Numbered from the stretch's first letter, positions 9,852-20,038 are shown. The stretch: 64,000 bases of DNA from an uncultured Trueperaceae bacterium (GCA_963799485.1 CAWCXJ010000009.1:1-64000); one strand, 5' to 3'. The notes: a model not told the origin generated them from the letters alone. Program-made: numbers and translations.

Positions 9852-11501
9852 CTATGTACCCCGCTGCACATACCACTTTGCAGCTTTGGTACGTCCGTCT
9901 ACCCGAATTTTATGCTCTGCTTTCAGCTCTCTCAGCAGACTTTGCAGCTGGTTGCGGGTAAGTTCCGGCAAGACTTGGGTAAACTCGTCGAATTTGCTAC
10001 CTTGCTTGTCGTTGTCCCTAATATGCTTGAACAAAAGTGCTTTGTGTGTTTCTTTATCCAACCCACGCTTGCGGGTGTAGACGCCCTTCTGACCTACAAA
10101 GCCGTAAAGTGCCCGCGACAGGATGTAACGCACACCCCGCCCACGGCTTCCTACCTTTTCGATGACGCCGGTTTCTACCAACCTAGCCAAGCGGGGTCTA
10201 AACGCCTCCGGAACGGGTTGGTCTTTGGCTAAGGTGTCCAGTACCAAAAAGTCTTCGGTCGAAAAGGTCTCGAGGCGTTCCCGCCCTACTTTTTCCAGAA
10301 AGCGCAAAAACGCCTCGTTTTGAATTTCTCCGTGCAGCGTCAGTGAAACTTGATAGTCGTCGGTGTCCCGGAAGTCGGGTTGGGGCTTGCTTTCAGTGAT
10401 GCACGCTTTGACCATCAAATCCATACCCTGCCCCGAACGCTCGATAAGGTTGCACTTACCGAGTGCGTCGGCGATGCGGCGGTTGCGCGGCTCTTGCCGC
10501 CACAAGATGTTGTCCAGCGTGATGCCGGTGGGTAGTCCGCCGGGGCTGACCACGACAAGCTTGCGCGGATACTGCCGCACAAAAACCGACCCTGCCCGCT
10601 GATAGTCGCGGTGGCCGATGGCGTTTAAGAGCGCTTCGCGCACGGCCCGCTCGTTAAAGGTCGGAATGTCATTGCGAAAGAGACCCGAATGGAACGACTG
10701 GATGTCGTTGCGCTTGTTGATAAGTTCCCATAGGGTGTCATGAACGCCTAAAAAACCTTCACGGAACTCGTGGCGTTCTTGAAAACCTATGGACGCTTCG
10801 CTCGAGCGGTACTCGAAGATGATTTCGGCCTGCGCGAGGTGCTTGCCGAGACCGCGGTGACTGCCTAGAAGCGCCAAGGCCGCGTAGGTGACGCTGCCGT
10901 CTCGGACGAGTTCGGCGTCCTCTAAAAGCTGCGCCGCTGACACCGTGAGTACGTCGGCCTTGCCGGTCTTTTCGTGCCAACGCTTACGGAACGCTTCGGT
11001 AGCGCGGGGCTCGAGGTCGTCGAGCGTAGCAGCTTCACAGATGGTTGCAGAAAAGTCGGGTACGGTTTCGGCAAAGATGCGCTTAAGCATGTCCTGGGTC
11101 ATCGGTACGAGGCTTTCGCCTGCACGCATAAAGTAAGTGCCCTTGTAGGCTACAGGAACACCTAAAGGTCGTGCTGGAACATGAAAAACGACGACGCGCT
11201 TGTCTTCTACATCCAGCTCATCCGTTTCGATACGCAGGCCGAGCGTTTGTCCAACCTCGAGGTTTATTCGCTCGATGTTCCTGAACGCCTGACTCCCGAC
11301 AATCTCTCGTGGGCGCTTGTCCTTAACGCCGAGAATGAACTTGCCACCCCCTTCGTTTGCTAGCGCCACACAGTATTGGATGAGTTTCTCTTTGCTGTAA
11401 CTGTTTTGCGCTTCTTTGAACTCAAGCGTTTCGCCCTCTTTGGCCTCGAGCCAGATGTTGAGCTGCTCGAGCCGGTTTGGGGGCGGCGCTTGTTGGCTCA
11501 T
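9852..11501 (-). CDS. AlbA_2/Schlafen-domain + HATPase-like (RecG-C type) + winged-HTH protein
   Basis: Start MSQQAPP at 11501 (ATGA overlap with the PIN stop). EGETLEFKEA, ALANEGGGKFILGVKD, REALLNAIGHRDY, SPGGLP, PRNRRIA, ERSGQG, C-terminal HTH. Confidence 0.88.
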   Translation of the reverse strand: MSQQAPPPNRLEQLNIWLEAKEGETLEFKEAQNSYSKEKLIQYCVALANEGGGKFILGVKDKRPREIVGSQAFRNIERINLEVGQTLGLRIETDELDVEDKRVVVFHVPARPLGVPVAYKGTYFMRAGESLVPMTQDMLKRIFAETVPDFSATICEAATLDDLEPRATEAFRKRWHEKTGKADVLTVSAAQLLEDAELVRDGSVTYAALALLGSHRGLGKHLAQAEIIFEYRSSEASIGFQERHEFREGFLGVHDTLWELINKRNDIQSFHSGLFRNDIPTFNERAVREALLNAIGHRDYQRAGSVFVRQYPRKLVVVSPGGLPTGITLDNILWRQEPRNRRIADALGKCNLIERSGQGMDLMVKACITESKPQPDFRDTDDYQVSLTLHGEIQNEAFLRFLEKVGRERLETFSTEDFLVLDTLAKDQPVPEAFRPRLARLVETGVIEKVGSRGRGVRYILSRALYGFVGQKGVYTRKRGLDKETHKALLFKHIRDNDKQGSKFDEFTQVLPELTRNQLQSLLRELKAEHKIRVDGRTKAAKWYVQRGT

Positions 11502-11947
11502 GCTGCTTCCGTCAGGGTGTGCTGCAAGATGGGAGTGCGCCAGGTGGCGAGACCGGAACCGAAAAAGTCGCGGTCTTCTGTCCAGATGCCGGTATCCAGG
11601 GCGAGAGCCAAAGCGACGCTGGGCCAATCGTTAGGGTCGGCCGGAATACGTGCGCGGGCGGTGGCTTCAAGCTCGGCGTAAGCTTCCGCCGGAATGATGG
11701 CGAGACACGTCTTGAGGGTTATGGTCGCACCCGAGAGCAATGCTGTTTGTTCAGCAGACGAGAAGCCGCGCCGCTCGGCGATAACGCCTACCCGTTTGCG
11801 GAGTTCATGTTCGGTTTCAGACCACGCGGCTTCAGCCATAGCAAGCTCAAGGCGTTCATCTCCGAAAAGAGCCAGACCGCGGGCGCGCAGCGCTTCAGCT
11901 ACGGCGCTGCTGGCGTCTAGCACGAGCGGTAGCGGCGCGTCAGTCAC
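11498..11947 (-). CDS. PIN-domain toxin
   Basis: LVLDAS, DPNDWPSVALALAL and IWTEDRDFFG acidic PIN motifs. Overlaps the upstream antitoxin gene. Confidence 0.88.
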   Translation of the reverse strand: MTDAPLPLVLDASSAVAEALRARGLALFGDERLELAMAEAAWSETEHELRKRVGVIAERRGFSSAEQTALLSGATITLKTCLAIIPAEAYAELEATARARIPADPNDWPSVALALALDTGIWTEDRDFFGSGLATWRTPILQHTLTEAA

Positions 11948-12209
11948 GCCCTGCGTCTTCCCAGGCCGCCTCGAACTCGTCGCGGGTCATGCCGGTGCGC
12001 TCCAAAATGCTCGCAATTGTCGCCTCGAGCCTGTCGGCGGCTTCTCTTGCCTTTGCTCTATCTTTCTGGGCAAGAGGCAGATAGAACCCCACGGGTTTGC
12101 CGTGCTTTTCGATAATGAGGGGTTTCGCTTCGTTGATCAGGGCCGTTGCGCGCGCCTTGAACTCGCGGACCCCGACACGGCCTGCCGCCGTCTTTGTGTG
12201 GTTGCTCAT
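11940..12209 (-). CDS. Phd/YefM-like antitoxin
   Basis: 89 aa with VGVREFKARAT and IIEKHGKPVGFYLP, directly upstream of and overlapping the PIN gene. Confidence 0.8.
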   Translation of the reverse strand: MSNHTKTAAGRVGVREFKARATALINEAKPLIIEKHGKPVGFYLPLAQKDRAKAREAADRLEATIASILERTGMTRDEFEAAWEDAGRD

Positions 12210-12221
12210 GTAGTCACTTTA

Positions 12222-15200
12222 TCACGGTGCCGCGCCGGGCGCTGCGGCCTGCTGCCACAGCTCGCGCAGGTTGTAGTTGACGCTCGCTGCGCCGAAATCC
12301 GGTTCGCGGACAAACGGCGTTTTTACATAACGCACGGTAGTTGCGTCCCCGTCAACCTCGACAAGTGCCAGGATAAACTGCTCGGGCTTGTTGAGCGCGG
12401 TCAAAATTTCGTTTTTGGTGACGGTTACGGTGTCTGCGCCCTTAACGCGGCCTTTGACCTCGATAAAGCGCAGCGAACCGTCCGCTGGGTTTCTAGACTC
12501 GACGTCATAACCGATTTTTTGTGCGTCCACATCAAAGGGTTCAAACCCTAACTCACGCTCGGCAGCCATCACCGCGTCCATCGCTAGGCGCTCGACGCGG
12601 ACGGTGTCTCTCGCCCGCTGCCAGGTCTCGGCCTGTGAGCTGAGGAGGCCACCGGGGACGACCAACACCGACCCGACGATGACGGGCGGGCGTTGCGTCA
12701 TGCGGGCCTCGTCGTCCAGGTCTTTCATCCGGGTCTCGAGGCGGATTTGCAGGTCGTCGGCACGCCGCTGGGCGAGCTGTGGGTTCATCCGGGGTTGTTT
12801 GCCCGCTTCCTCTTGTAGCTTGAGTTCGGCGGCGCGGTGATCCCAATAGGTGATCTCTTTGGTCAGGCGGTCTTTGACCGCCGCCCGCGTTTTGACGATA
12901 AGGCTCTCCTTACGAGCCTTGACCTCGGCAAAGTGTGCAGGCATCAGGTGCAGGACGGCGTGGTTCAGGGCTTCACGCTCGAGGGTTTCTTTCTCAAACG
13001 GGTGCGCTTCCAAAGCCGCTTCTACTTCGGCCTGTTCGTGAGGCTCGAGGGGGCGGTAGTCGAGGTAGGGCGCGTAGCCAGCACTCCGGGCTGCACCGTC
13101 AGCGGCGAGTTCAACAAAATGCAGCTGTTTGGAAAGCGTCAGCGGGTTGCCGTTACGGTCTTTGCGCCCGTCTTGGACGGTGTGTTCGAGGTAAAAAAGG
13201 GCGCGTAATTCGGTGCCGGGGTCGGTTTCGTCTACCAGCACTGCGCCTTGCGTCAAGAGATTTTTATGACGCTCGAGGGTTAGGTCGCTCACAGCATTGA
13301 CCAGAGGATGACCCGGAACCAAAAACTCCGCAGACGGTTTGCCCCGGACGTTGACGAGTGATTTTTCAAAGGTGGCACGCTCGTAACGTGGCAGTACAGG
13401 GCTGCGGAGTCCCAACTGACGGTCACGGCGGACGATCACCGAAGGGATGTGCGTAATTTCAAAGCGTCCCGGCTCACGTTCAAAGAGGCTGCCACCAAGA
13501 GCGCGAAACGCCGTCAAGAAGTAAGAGGCGACAAAGTGCGGTTGTAAGCGGCGGGCTTCAGCTCGCTCCATCATCTCACGGATACCCTGCACTCGGTTGG
13601 CGTCCATCGTGTCCTGCGCCAGCGCATGGTCGCTCAAGAGGTCGGTGAGGTGCTCACGGTCAAGCGCTGAATCGACAACTTCATCGAGCCGTGCTCGAAC
13701 GTCGGGTTGGTCGCCGTAGCGCACGGCTTCCAAGAGCAAATCACGGAGCGGTTTGTTAGCGAAGTTGAGTTTGCCGAGTACATCGAAAACCCGACCACCC
13801 AGCGCCTCACGTTCACGCTCGAGCTTTTCAAAGAGCTGCTGAAACACATCGCCTTCACGGGTCTCTTGCGCGACCAGATTCCAGAGGTGACACACTTCGG
13901 TCTGACCGATACGGTGAATCCGGCCAAAGCGCTGCTCGAGGCGGTTGGGGTTCCAAGGCAGGTCGTAGTTGACCATCAGGTGCGCGCGTTGCAGGTTGAT
14001 GCCTTCCCCTGCGGCGTCGGTTGCCAACAGCACCAAGACGTCTTTGTCTTGGGTAAACGCAGCCTGGACTTTCTGTCTTTCCTCGCGTCCAATCCCGCCG
14101 TGAATGACCACGGCCGCCTCGGCGCGACCTAGCAGCCGGGTGATGCGCTCGTGAAGATAGCTGAGCGTATCGCGGTGTTCGGTGAAAATCACGAGTTTGC
14201 GCCGACCCCCCGCCTCGTCTACGATCTCGCGGTTTTCTTGCAACAGTTTGGAAAGCTCTTCCCACTTGCGGTCGGTACCGCTTATGCGGGCTTGGTAAGC
14301 CAATGCCTCGAGCCGTTTGAGGGTGGCGATCTCGGCCTCGAGTTCGGCAACCGTGCGTGCCGCCGACGCCTGATCAACTACCTTTTCTGCCGCAGCTTCG
14401 GCTTCGGCACCCGGCAATTCGTCGTCAAAGTCGTCCGGGTCAAAGAACAGGTCATCAAATTCGGTGACGGCTCCACCACGCTTCAGCAACTTTTCTTCTC
14501 TGACTCTGGTTTCTAGCCGGGCCCGCCGCCGCGCGAGGCTCTGATAGATAGCTTCGGGGCTCGAGGCCAACCGCCGCTGCAAGATGGTTAGGGCGAAACC
14601 GACGGTGCCTTTACGCCCGCCCTCGGCGAGGGCGTCCACCCGGTTGAACTCCTCGCGCACGTAATCAGTGACTTCGGCGTAAAGTTTGGCCTCGAGGTCA
14701 CTTAGGGCGTAGGGGATGGTATGCGCTCTACGTTCGGGGAAGAGCGGTTTGCCGTCAAACTTAACGAGCTGCTCTTTGACGAGTCGCCGCATCAGGTCGG
14801 AGGTATCGACCTGGTGGACGCCATCACGAAACTTACCCTCAAAACGGTCGCCGTCTAAGAGCGCCATAAAGAGCTGAAAGTCGGCGTCTTTGCCGTTATG
14901 GGGCGTCGCGGTCATCAAGCAGAAGTGCCGGGTGATCCGGGAGAGAACCTGACCCAACTTGTAACGTTTGGTGTAGTTGACTTCGCCCCCAAAATATGAG
15001 GCGGACATCTTGTGGGCTTCGTCGCAGACGATCAAATCCCAATCGGTCAGCTCGAGCTTGGCGAGCAGGTCTTCATTACGCGAAAGCATATCCAGACGGG
15101 CAATCACCAGTGGCGCTTCGGCCAGCCAGTTGCCTGAGCGTGCTGTCTCGAGGCGGTCGTTGGTCATAATCTCAAACGGCAACCCAAACCGGCTGTCAAG

Positions 15201-15734
15201 CTCGTCTTGCCACTGCTCGACCAAACTGCCAGGACAGACGATCAGGCAGCGGCTTAAGTCCCCTCTTACGAGCAGCTCTTTGATAAACAACCCGGCCATG
15301 ATGGTTTTGCCTGCGCCAGGGTCATCTGCGAGCAAAAAGCGGAGGGGTTGCCGCGGCAGCATGGCCTCATAGACGGCGGTGATCTGATGAGGAAGCGGCT
15401 CGACTTGCGAGGTGTGAACCGCTAAGTGTGGGTCAAAAAGGTGCGCCAGCCGGATACGGTGCGCCTCTGAAACGAGCCGAAGTAGCCCTCCGTCTGCGCT
15501 CAAGTTCCAGCTGAGTCCGGCTTGGGTCAGCTCGAGTTCAGCTTCACGGTCGCGGTAGAGCATTTCACTGCCCGTCTGACCCGCCACAGTTTTGTAGGTC
15601 AGTTCAACCGCAGCCGAGCCGTACCACTGGGTTGCGAGGACGGTAACGGTTTCTCCGGGGATGATGCCTTTGACATCTGCGCCAACGTTCAGCTCTTCAA
15701 GCTGCACAGGTGAGGTCTCCAAATCGTCGAGCAC
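12222..15734 (-). CDS. SNF2-family helicase with C-terminal DUF3883 PD-(D/E)XK nuclease
   Basis: LLADDPGAGKT, DEAH, MTATPHNG, ATDAAGEGINLQ, YDLPWNPNRLEQRFGRIHRIGQ; C-terminal GYDVES...FIEVKGR. Confidence 0.93.
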   Translation of the reverse strand: MLDDLETSPVQLEELNVGADVKGIIPGETVTVLATQWYGSAAVELTYKTVAGQTGSEMLYRDREAELELTQAGLSWNLSADGGLLRLVSEAHRIRLAHLFDPHLAVHTSQVEPLPHQITAVYEAMLPRQPLRFLLADDPGAGKTIMAGLFIKELLVRGDLSRCLIVCPGSLVEQWQDELDSRFGLPFEIMTNDRLETARSGNWLAEAPLVIARLDMLSRNEDLLAKLELTDWDLIVCDEAHKMSASYFGGEVNYTKRYKLGQVLSRITRHFCLMTATPHNGKDADFQLFMALLDGDRFEGKFRDGVHQVDTSDLMRRLVKEQLVKFDGKPLFPERRAHTIPYALSDLEAKLYAEVTDYVREEFNRVDALAEGGRKGTVGFALTILQRRLASSPEAIYQSLARRRARLETRVREEKLLKRGGAVTEFDDLFFDPDDFDDELPGAEAEAAAEKVVDQASAARTVAELEAEIATLKRLEALAYQARISGTDRKWEELSKLLQENREIVDEAGGRRKLVIFTEHRDTLSYLHERITRLLGRAEAAVVIHGGIGREERQKVQAAFTQDKDVLVLLATDAAGEGINLQRAHLMVNYDLPWNPNRLEQRFGRIHRIGQTEVCHLWNLVAQETREGDVFQQLFEKLEREREALGGRVFDVLGKLNFANKPLRDLLLEAVRYGDQPDVRARLDEVVDSALDREHLTDLLSDHALAQDTMDANRVQGIREMMERAEARRLQPHFVASYFLTAFRALGGSLFEREPGRFEITHIPSVIVRRDRQLGLRSPVLPRYERATFEKSLVNVRGKPSAEFLVPGHPLVNAVSDLTLERHKNLLTQGAVLVDETDPGTELRALFYLEHTVQDGRKDRNGNPLTLSKQLHFVELAADGAARSAGYAPYLDYRPLEPHEQAEVEAALEAHPFEKETLEREALNHAVLHLMPAHFAEVKARKESLIVKTRAAVKDRLTKEITYWDHRAAELKLQEEAGKQPRMNPQLAQRRADDLQIRLETRMKDLDDEARMTQRPPVIVGSVLVVPGGLLSSQAETWQRARDTVRVERLAMDAVMAAERELGFEPFDVDAQKIGYDVESRNPADGSLRFIEVKGRVKGADTVTVTKNEILTALNKPEQFILALVEVDGDATTVRYVKTPFVREPDFGAASVNYNLRELWQQAAAPGAAP

Positions 15735-15863
15735 ACGGCCTACGTTCCCCGGCGTTACGGTTCATGTGCTCTCATTAGTTCAGACCATGCTAAGGCATTT
15801 TTCTAAACCAACGCAAGAAGTTTTTTACGTCTCATCAAGGTGTAGTTTGAAGATGAAAAAATG

Positions 15864-15883
15864 TTCGTACCCTATTCGTACCC
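15864..15883. repeat. Direct repeat TTCGTACCC x2 (11-bp period), integrase arm-type-site-like
   Basis: TTCGTACCC-TA-TTCGTACCC about 60 bp from the tRNA-like core. Copy 2 at 33389-33408. Confidence 0.5.
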
Positions 15884-15884
15884 C

Positions 15885-15919
15885 AAAAGAAAAAACGGCC
15901 ACCTTACAGAAGTGACCGT
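15885..15919 (-). terminator. Intrinsic terminator downstream of the tRNA 3' fragment
   Basis: Minus strand ACGGTCAC-9 nt loop-GTGGCCGT followed by TTTTTCTTTT. Confidence 0.65.
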
Positions 15920-15944
15920 CTCCGCGTTTCTCGCGTCCCTGACG

Positions 15945-15968
15945 TGGTGCAAAGAGCAGGACTTGAAC
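15945..15968 (-). other. tRNA 3'-end fragment (att-like core), copy 1
   Basis: Minus strand GTTCAAGTCCTGCTCTTTGCACCA = T-loop, 3' T-stem, acceptor strand and CCA. The 5' half of a tRNA is absent. Confidence 0.7.
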
Positions 15969-15984
15969 TCACACGTAAAGATGT

Positions 15985-16114
15985 AACTCTACTGAAGGTG
16001 GGATCAACCACCTGAAGCTTATCGAACGGCAGCTGTCTGGACGTAGGTCGTTTAGCCTGCTCCGCAAGCGCATTCTGCTAGCTCCTCGAAAGGCACTGCG
16101 TTGACAGGTGAACC
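15985..16114 (+). pseudogene. ISL3-family transposase C-terminal remnant, copy 1
   Basis: Translates to NSTEGGINHLKLIERQLSGRRSFSLLRKRILLA, resembling the ISL3 C-terminal pattern EGxxNxxKxIKRxxYGRxSFxLLRxRILL. Ends in GAACC. Confidence 0.7.
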
Positions 16115-16213
16115 AATTTCCTGTTGCTTTCTCCTGCTTTGTCGATATTTTGAGACAAGAATAGAGGGTCAGAAGCCTTCAAAACAACCACTCTACTTCG
16201 TGTCACGTCTGTG

Positions 16214-16564
16214 CTATTTCTGCTTCTGGACGATTCTGCGTGCTTGCCACGCCCTCCAAGCTTGCCAGCCGACGCTTATACCTACAACAGCTTCCCAACC
16301 GACCAACACTAAGCCAACTAAAAGTGCCAAGAGCGCGAGCAGCAAGTTGCCGATGGGTGCAAGAACAGTAGCGAGCAGCGCAATAGTCAGCACCGCGAAG
16401 ATGACGCTAAACCACAAAAGCGGCTCGAGCCACAACCAGCGGTAAAAGCCGTAGAACATCACCGCTGCTAGAGCCGCGATAGGCCACGCCTCGAGCCAGC
16501 CCATACCAACAAGCGTTAGCGCCAAGCAGAAGAAGATCATCAGAAGCCGGCCTTCGTGCATCAC
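16214..16564 (-). CDS. Small multi-pass membrane protein
   Basis: 116 aa, highly hydrophobic. Start overlaps the stop of the VirD4-like gene. Confidence 0.65.
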   Translation of the reverse strand: MMHEGRLLMIFFCLALTLVGMGWLEAWPIAALAAVMFYGFYRWLWLEPLLWFSVIFAVLTIALLATVLAPIGNLLLALLALLVGLVLVGWEAVVGISVGWQAWRAWQARRIVQKQK

Positions 16565-17521
16565 GTCTCCTCGGGGTCGATATACCGCTTACGCGTTCTA
16601 GGCGGGAATTGATCAGGTTGTTCCCGCTTCGCCACGTTCTTATGCATATGTGCTCCCGTCATGTTCGTAGAGTTCTTTCTAGGTACTTTCTCGTCAGTAG
16701 GTACGAGTGCGGCGTCCGGTAGCTCGAGCCTCGCCAACAACGTCGGCGGCAACTGTGCCCTCTCCCGCAACACCTTGAGGTCGGGAAACCCCAACCGCTT
16801 ACCTCGGATCGGCATCGCGTCCCGGCTCAGTACGATGACCTCATCGCGCCCAAGCATCCGCACCTCGTCGGGCGTTAGCAGCGGACGGGTTGTGTAACCC
16901 TGGGTGATCGTCTCCTGTGAGAACAAGCCAGGTGCCCGGCTCCGCCGCTCCTCGGAGACACTCTTCTGCCCCAGATTGCGGCTGATGTACTCGGCAGTCT
17001 TAAGCGACAGGGCACCGTGAAAGACCTTGTGGTGACAGTTTGATAAGATGGTCTCGCCGCCGTTTAGTCCATACGTGTCCCAGAGCTGGTCGAGCGCCTG
17101 CACATAAAGCGCCAGGCTGACGTTACGCCCGGCTAAGGTTGCGCTGTGGGCAGGCAAGTTGGGTACTCGCACCCGTCCGGCTTCATCTAATGCGAGGATG
17201 ACGGGGCGATGTGGGGTGGTGGATGTTTTGTCGGTCTCTCTAGCTAGGGCCGTAATCAGCGCCGTCAGAATCAGGTTGAGCGGCCCGGAGAGGCTCTCGA
17301 GTTCGTGTTCAGGCCACATTAAGTACACGGTCGTCGTGCGGGTGAGGAGGTCTCGAGCCTGAAAATCTGCCTTAGAGGTAAGCGTCAGTACCCCCGGCAG
17401 CAGATACGGCTTCGTGCGTTTGACGAGGGCGTTCCAGACCGAGACGATATGACCGCGTGGCGCGTTGAAGTGCTCGTCGGTTGCCTCTTCGGGCGGCATT
17501 CCCAAGAACGTTTCTAAGAAC
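16561..17521 (-). pseudogene. VirD4/TraG type IV coupling protein, C-terminal fragment (copy 1)
   Basis: ILALDEAG, VQALDQLWDTYG, ILSNC, TAEYISRNLG, RPLLTPDEVR. The 5' part is replaced by the IS5 copy at 17522. Confidence 0.85.
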
Positions 17522-18394
17522 AGACCTCCTGCGAAAGTCAGGTTTGGAGCTGAGCGTTGATGAGCCCGGCGATGAGGCGAAAACGTAAGGAGAAGCGCTT
17601 GCGGCGGTTGCGGTAGGGGTCTTTGAGGATGTGCCAGATTTTCAGTGAGCGGATAGTGTGTTCGACGGTGACGCGGAAGCGGGCGAGCGAGCGGTTGTGG
17701 GCTTTGTCTTCAGGTTTAGGTTCAGCTCCGCGCGGTTTGCGGATAGGTAGACAGCGCTGCCGATGGTCTTTGGCATAACCTTGATAACCGCCGTCGGCGA
17801 CGACCCAGACGTGGGCTTGCAGCTTGGGGTCAGCCGTTCTCAGGAGGGTGAGGTCGTTCGTTGACCCCGGGGCGTGGGCGGTGGCGAGAAGCTTGTGGCT
17901 TCTCGCGTCGAGGACGACCTGACTTTTCAAGGTATGGCACTTTTTCTTGCCGCTGTAGTAGCGCCGCTGGTTTTTTTGGGGCGTTCGGTGCGCGTCTCGG
18001 TGGCGTCGACCAAGACCACCACCCAGTCATGCTCGGCGACTTCACGGCGTTGGGGCAAGCTGAACTGACCCGAGCTGACCAGCGCGTCTTCAGTCTGCCT
18101 GATGATGCGACAGGCGGTTGCTTCATGTACCCCGTAACTCGCCGCAATATGAAACTGCGTCCGGTACTCTCGCCAATACATCAGCGTCAACAACACCTTG
18201 TCTTCAAGAGAAAGCTTGCCCGGGCGGCCTGACTTCTTGTGCCTCTGCGCTTCTCGAAGCACCCCATCATCTCCCCGAACACCACCGGTTTGACACCCGT
18301 CAGCCGTTTGAACGCTTTTGGACTTAAGTCTTTCACTGCTTCGTAACGCATCTGACCACCTTGCAACAGCTCGCCTTACTTCTGCAAGAGGTCT
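17522..18394 (-). mobile_element. IS5-family insertion sequence, copy 2
   Basis: Same IRs and ORFs as 1-874. A 1-bp deletion at ~18265 breaks the N-terminal frame. Confidence 0.9.
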
Positions 18395-18631
18395 ATTAGC
18401 TCAAAACGACGTTTGGCTGTGTCCTTGAAAAGATTTGCAAAGTCAGTTCGTTCCCGTTTACCCTTGCGCCCCGATTCGACGTCAACATAGGTTTTATAGA
18501 TTGTCCATCTTTGCTCGGCACAAAGCACCTGAAGTTGTCGGAGTTAGTTTTCAGCCTCTTGATCCATCGTCGAGACGCGGAGATAGATTCCGACACGCTG
18601 CTTTTTGATCGCTACGGACGTGTCCAACCAT
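18395..18631 (-). pseudogene. Serine resolvase remnant, copy 2
   Basis: Same as 875-1113, with an extra 2-bp deletion near the start. Confidence 0.85.
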
Positions 18632-18741
18632 ATCAAAAAATCGTACGATTTTTGATAGTTCGTTTTAGCCGCGCTTTTATGCTTACTGCTCGCTTTTAGT
18701 CGAGGTGTTCGGAGTACCCTTTTCTGACAGGCGGTAAAGCG

Positions 18742-20026
18742 TCAATTAGAAATGAGGTTACTTATCCAAAGCGCTACAGGCTCGAGACTTTCTGCTAGCC
18801 AAGAACGAGCGGAGGGTAGATTTAGTAGGAACATCGCTCCTGAGAAGACGAGACCTACAACAACGACGGAGTTGACGAAGAAGAGAAGCCACCAAACCTG
18901 AGACTTTCGCGCATCAAGGTCAGAAAAAGCCGCTTTAAGGCTCTCAAAGAGTTCGGGAAGCTCCTTTTGATATCTCGTTTGGCGCGATGTGTATTCATCG
19001 CTAATTGCCCTCAAAGTTCGATATTGGTTTTTGGTCAAAACAAACATCAAAATCGCAAAGACGACAGCTCCAGCTAAGATAGATGAGTTTGCTAATAACC
19101 TAGAAAGATATTGGCTCGTTCCTTGTTCAGCCCCAACGAGCTTCATCTGGCCGCCAATGAGCACAAGAGAAATGGGGACGGCTAAGATTTGAGTTTGGAT
19201 ACTGCTGATTACGTTATTCAAGCTCACGATATACTCGCGCTTCCGCGCTTCCAGCTTTTCCTTTTCGTTCTCAAACGAAAACTCTGTTATGTACAGTTGG
19301 TAGTCGGCATGGAATTTCTGCCACACTAAATCCAATTTCGACAACAGCGCCCGGAACCGCTCTTGCGTAGGAATGTTCTGTAGTGTTTCTAGCAAAGCAC
19401 TAGTTAGCAGAGTTTTTTTTCACCTCATAGTGCAAGCCTTCGGAAAAGGCGTAGCTATATTTTTCGTACGATCTCGGTTCTTGGTTCATCTCATGCGAGC
19501 TGTAAACGATCTTCAAATCAAGCCGCCTCTTACCGCCAATGAATATAAAAGTTTCATTTGGCAGATCAACGTATTCGGCCAGGCTTCTAAGCAGGTTGAT
19601 GAAGGTCAGTGTACGTCTATAAGCTTTTACTAGATGCGATTGAGATGCGTTCTCATCCGCGTTTGTATAGGCAACATCACTTATGAGATACGTTCGGGGC
19701 TCTTTGATTCTGAAATTAAAATGCTCTAATAAATCGTCGAAATCTTTAGCGACAAACGCCCATTGCGTTCTCACCGGATGAACTGAGAGTCGAAGCTTGC
19801 CACCCTCCTCAACGGTAGAAATAGCTGTTTCCAGGCTTAGAACTGAACCATCAAACTTTTCCAGTTCAATCTGTGTGTCACCGCCACTGTCAAGCGCTTG
19901 TAACAGCGAGACGGTACTTGCTGACTTGGTGAGAACACCTCTAAATGCCGCTTGTTCCCAGCGGACGTCCGAGCACTGCGCCAGTAGATCTCTAGTTTTC
20001 TGTACGATCTGTTTGGCGTCGGTCAT
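18742..20026 (-). pseudogene. 3-TM hypothetical membrane protein, copy 2 (frameshifted)
   Basis: One extra base in the poly-T run at ~19413-19421 splits it into 208-aa and 217-aa ORFs. Confidence 0.8.
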
Positions 20027-20038
20027 AGATGTTCCTCG

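Larger units (their letters stand above)
1..17521. repeat. Tandem direct duplication, copy 1 (~17.5 kb)
   Basis: Sequence and ORF set recur at an offset of 17521, drifting to 17525 through indels. The copy begins exactly at the IS terminus AGACCTCC. Confidence 0.97.

Noticed and set aside
3556..15734. BREX, DISARM or type I/III RM assignment
   Set aside because: No PglZ, BrxL, DrmA/B, HsdS or Res-type genes are evident. The DUF499/DUF1156/SNF2 set fits the restriction-like class better.
15945..16020. Complete tRNA gene
   Set aside because: Only the last ~24 nt are tRNA-like. There is no D arm or anticodon arm, and the adjacent DNA is an ISL3 remnant.
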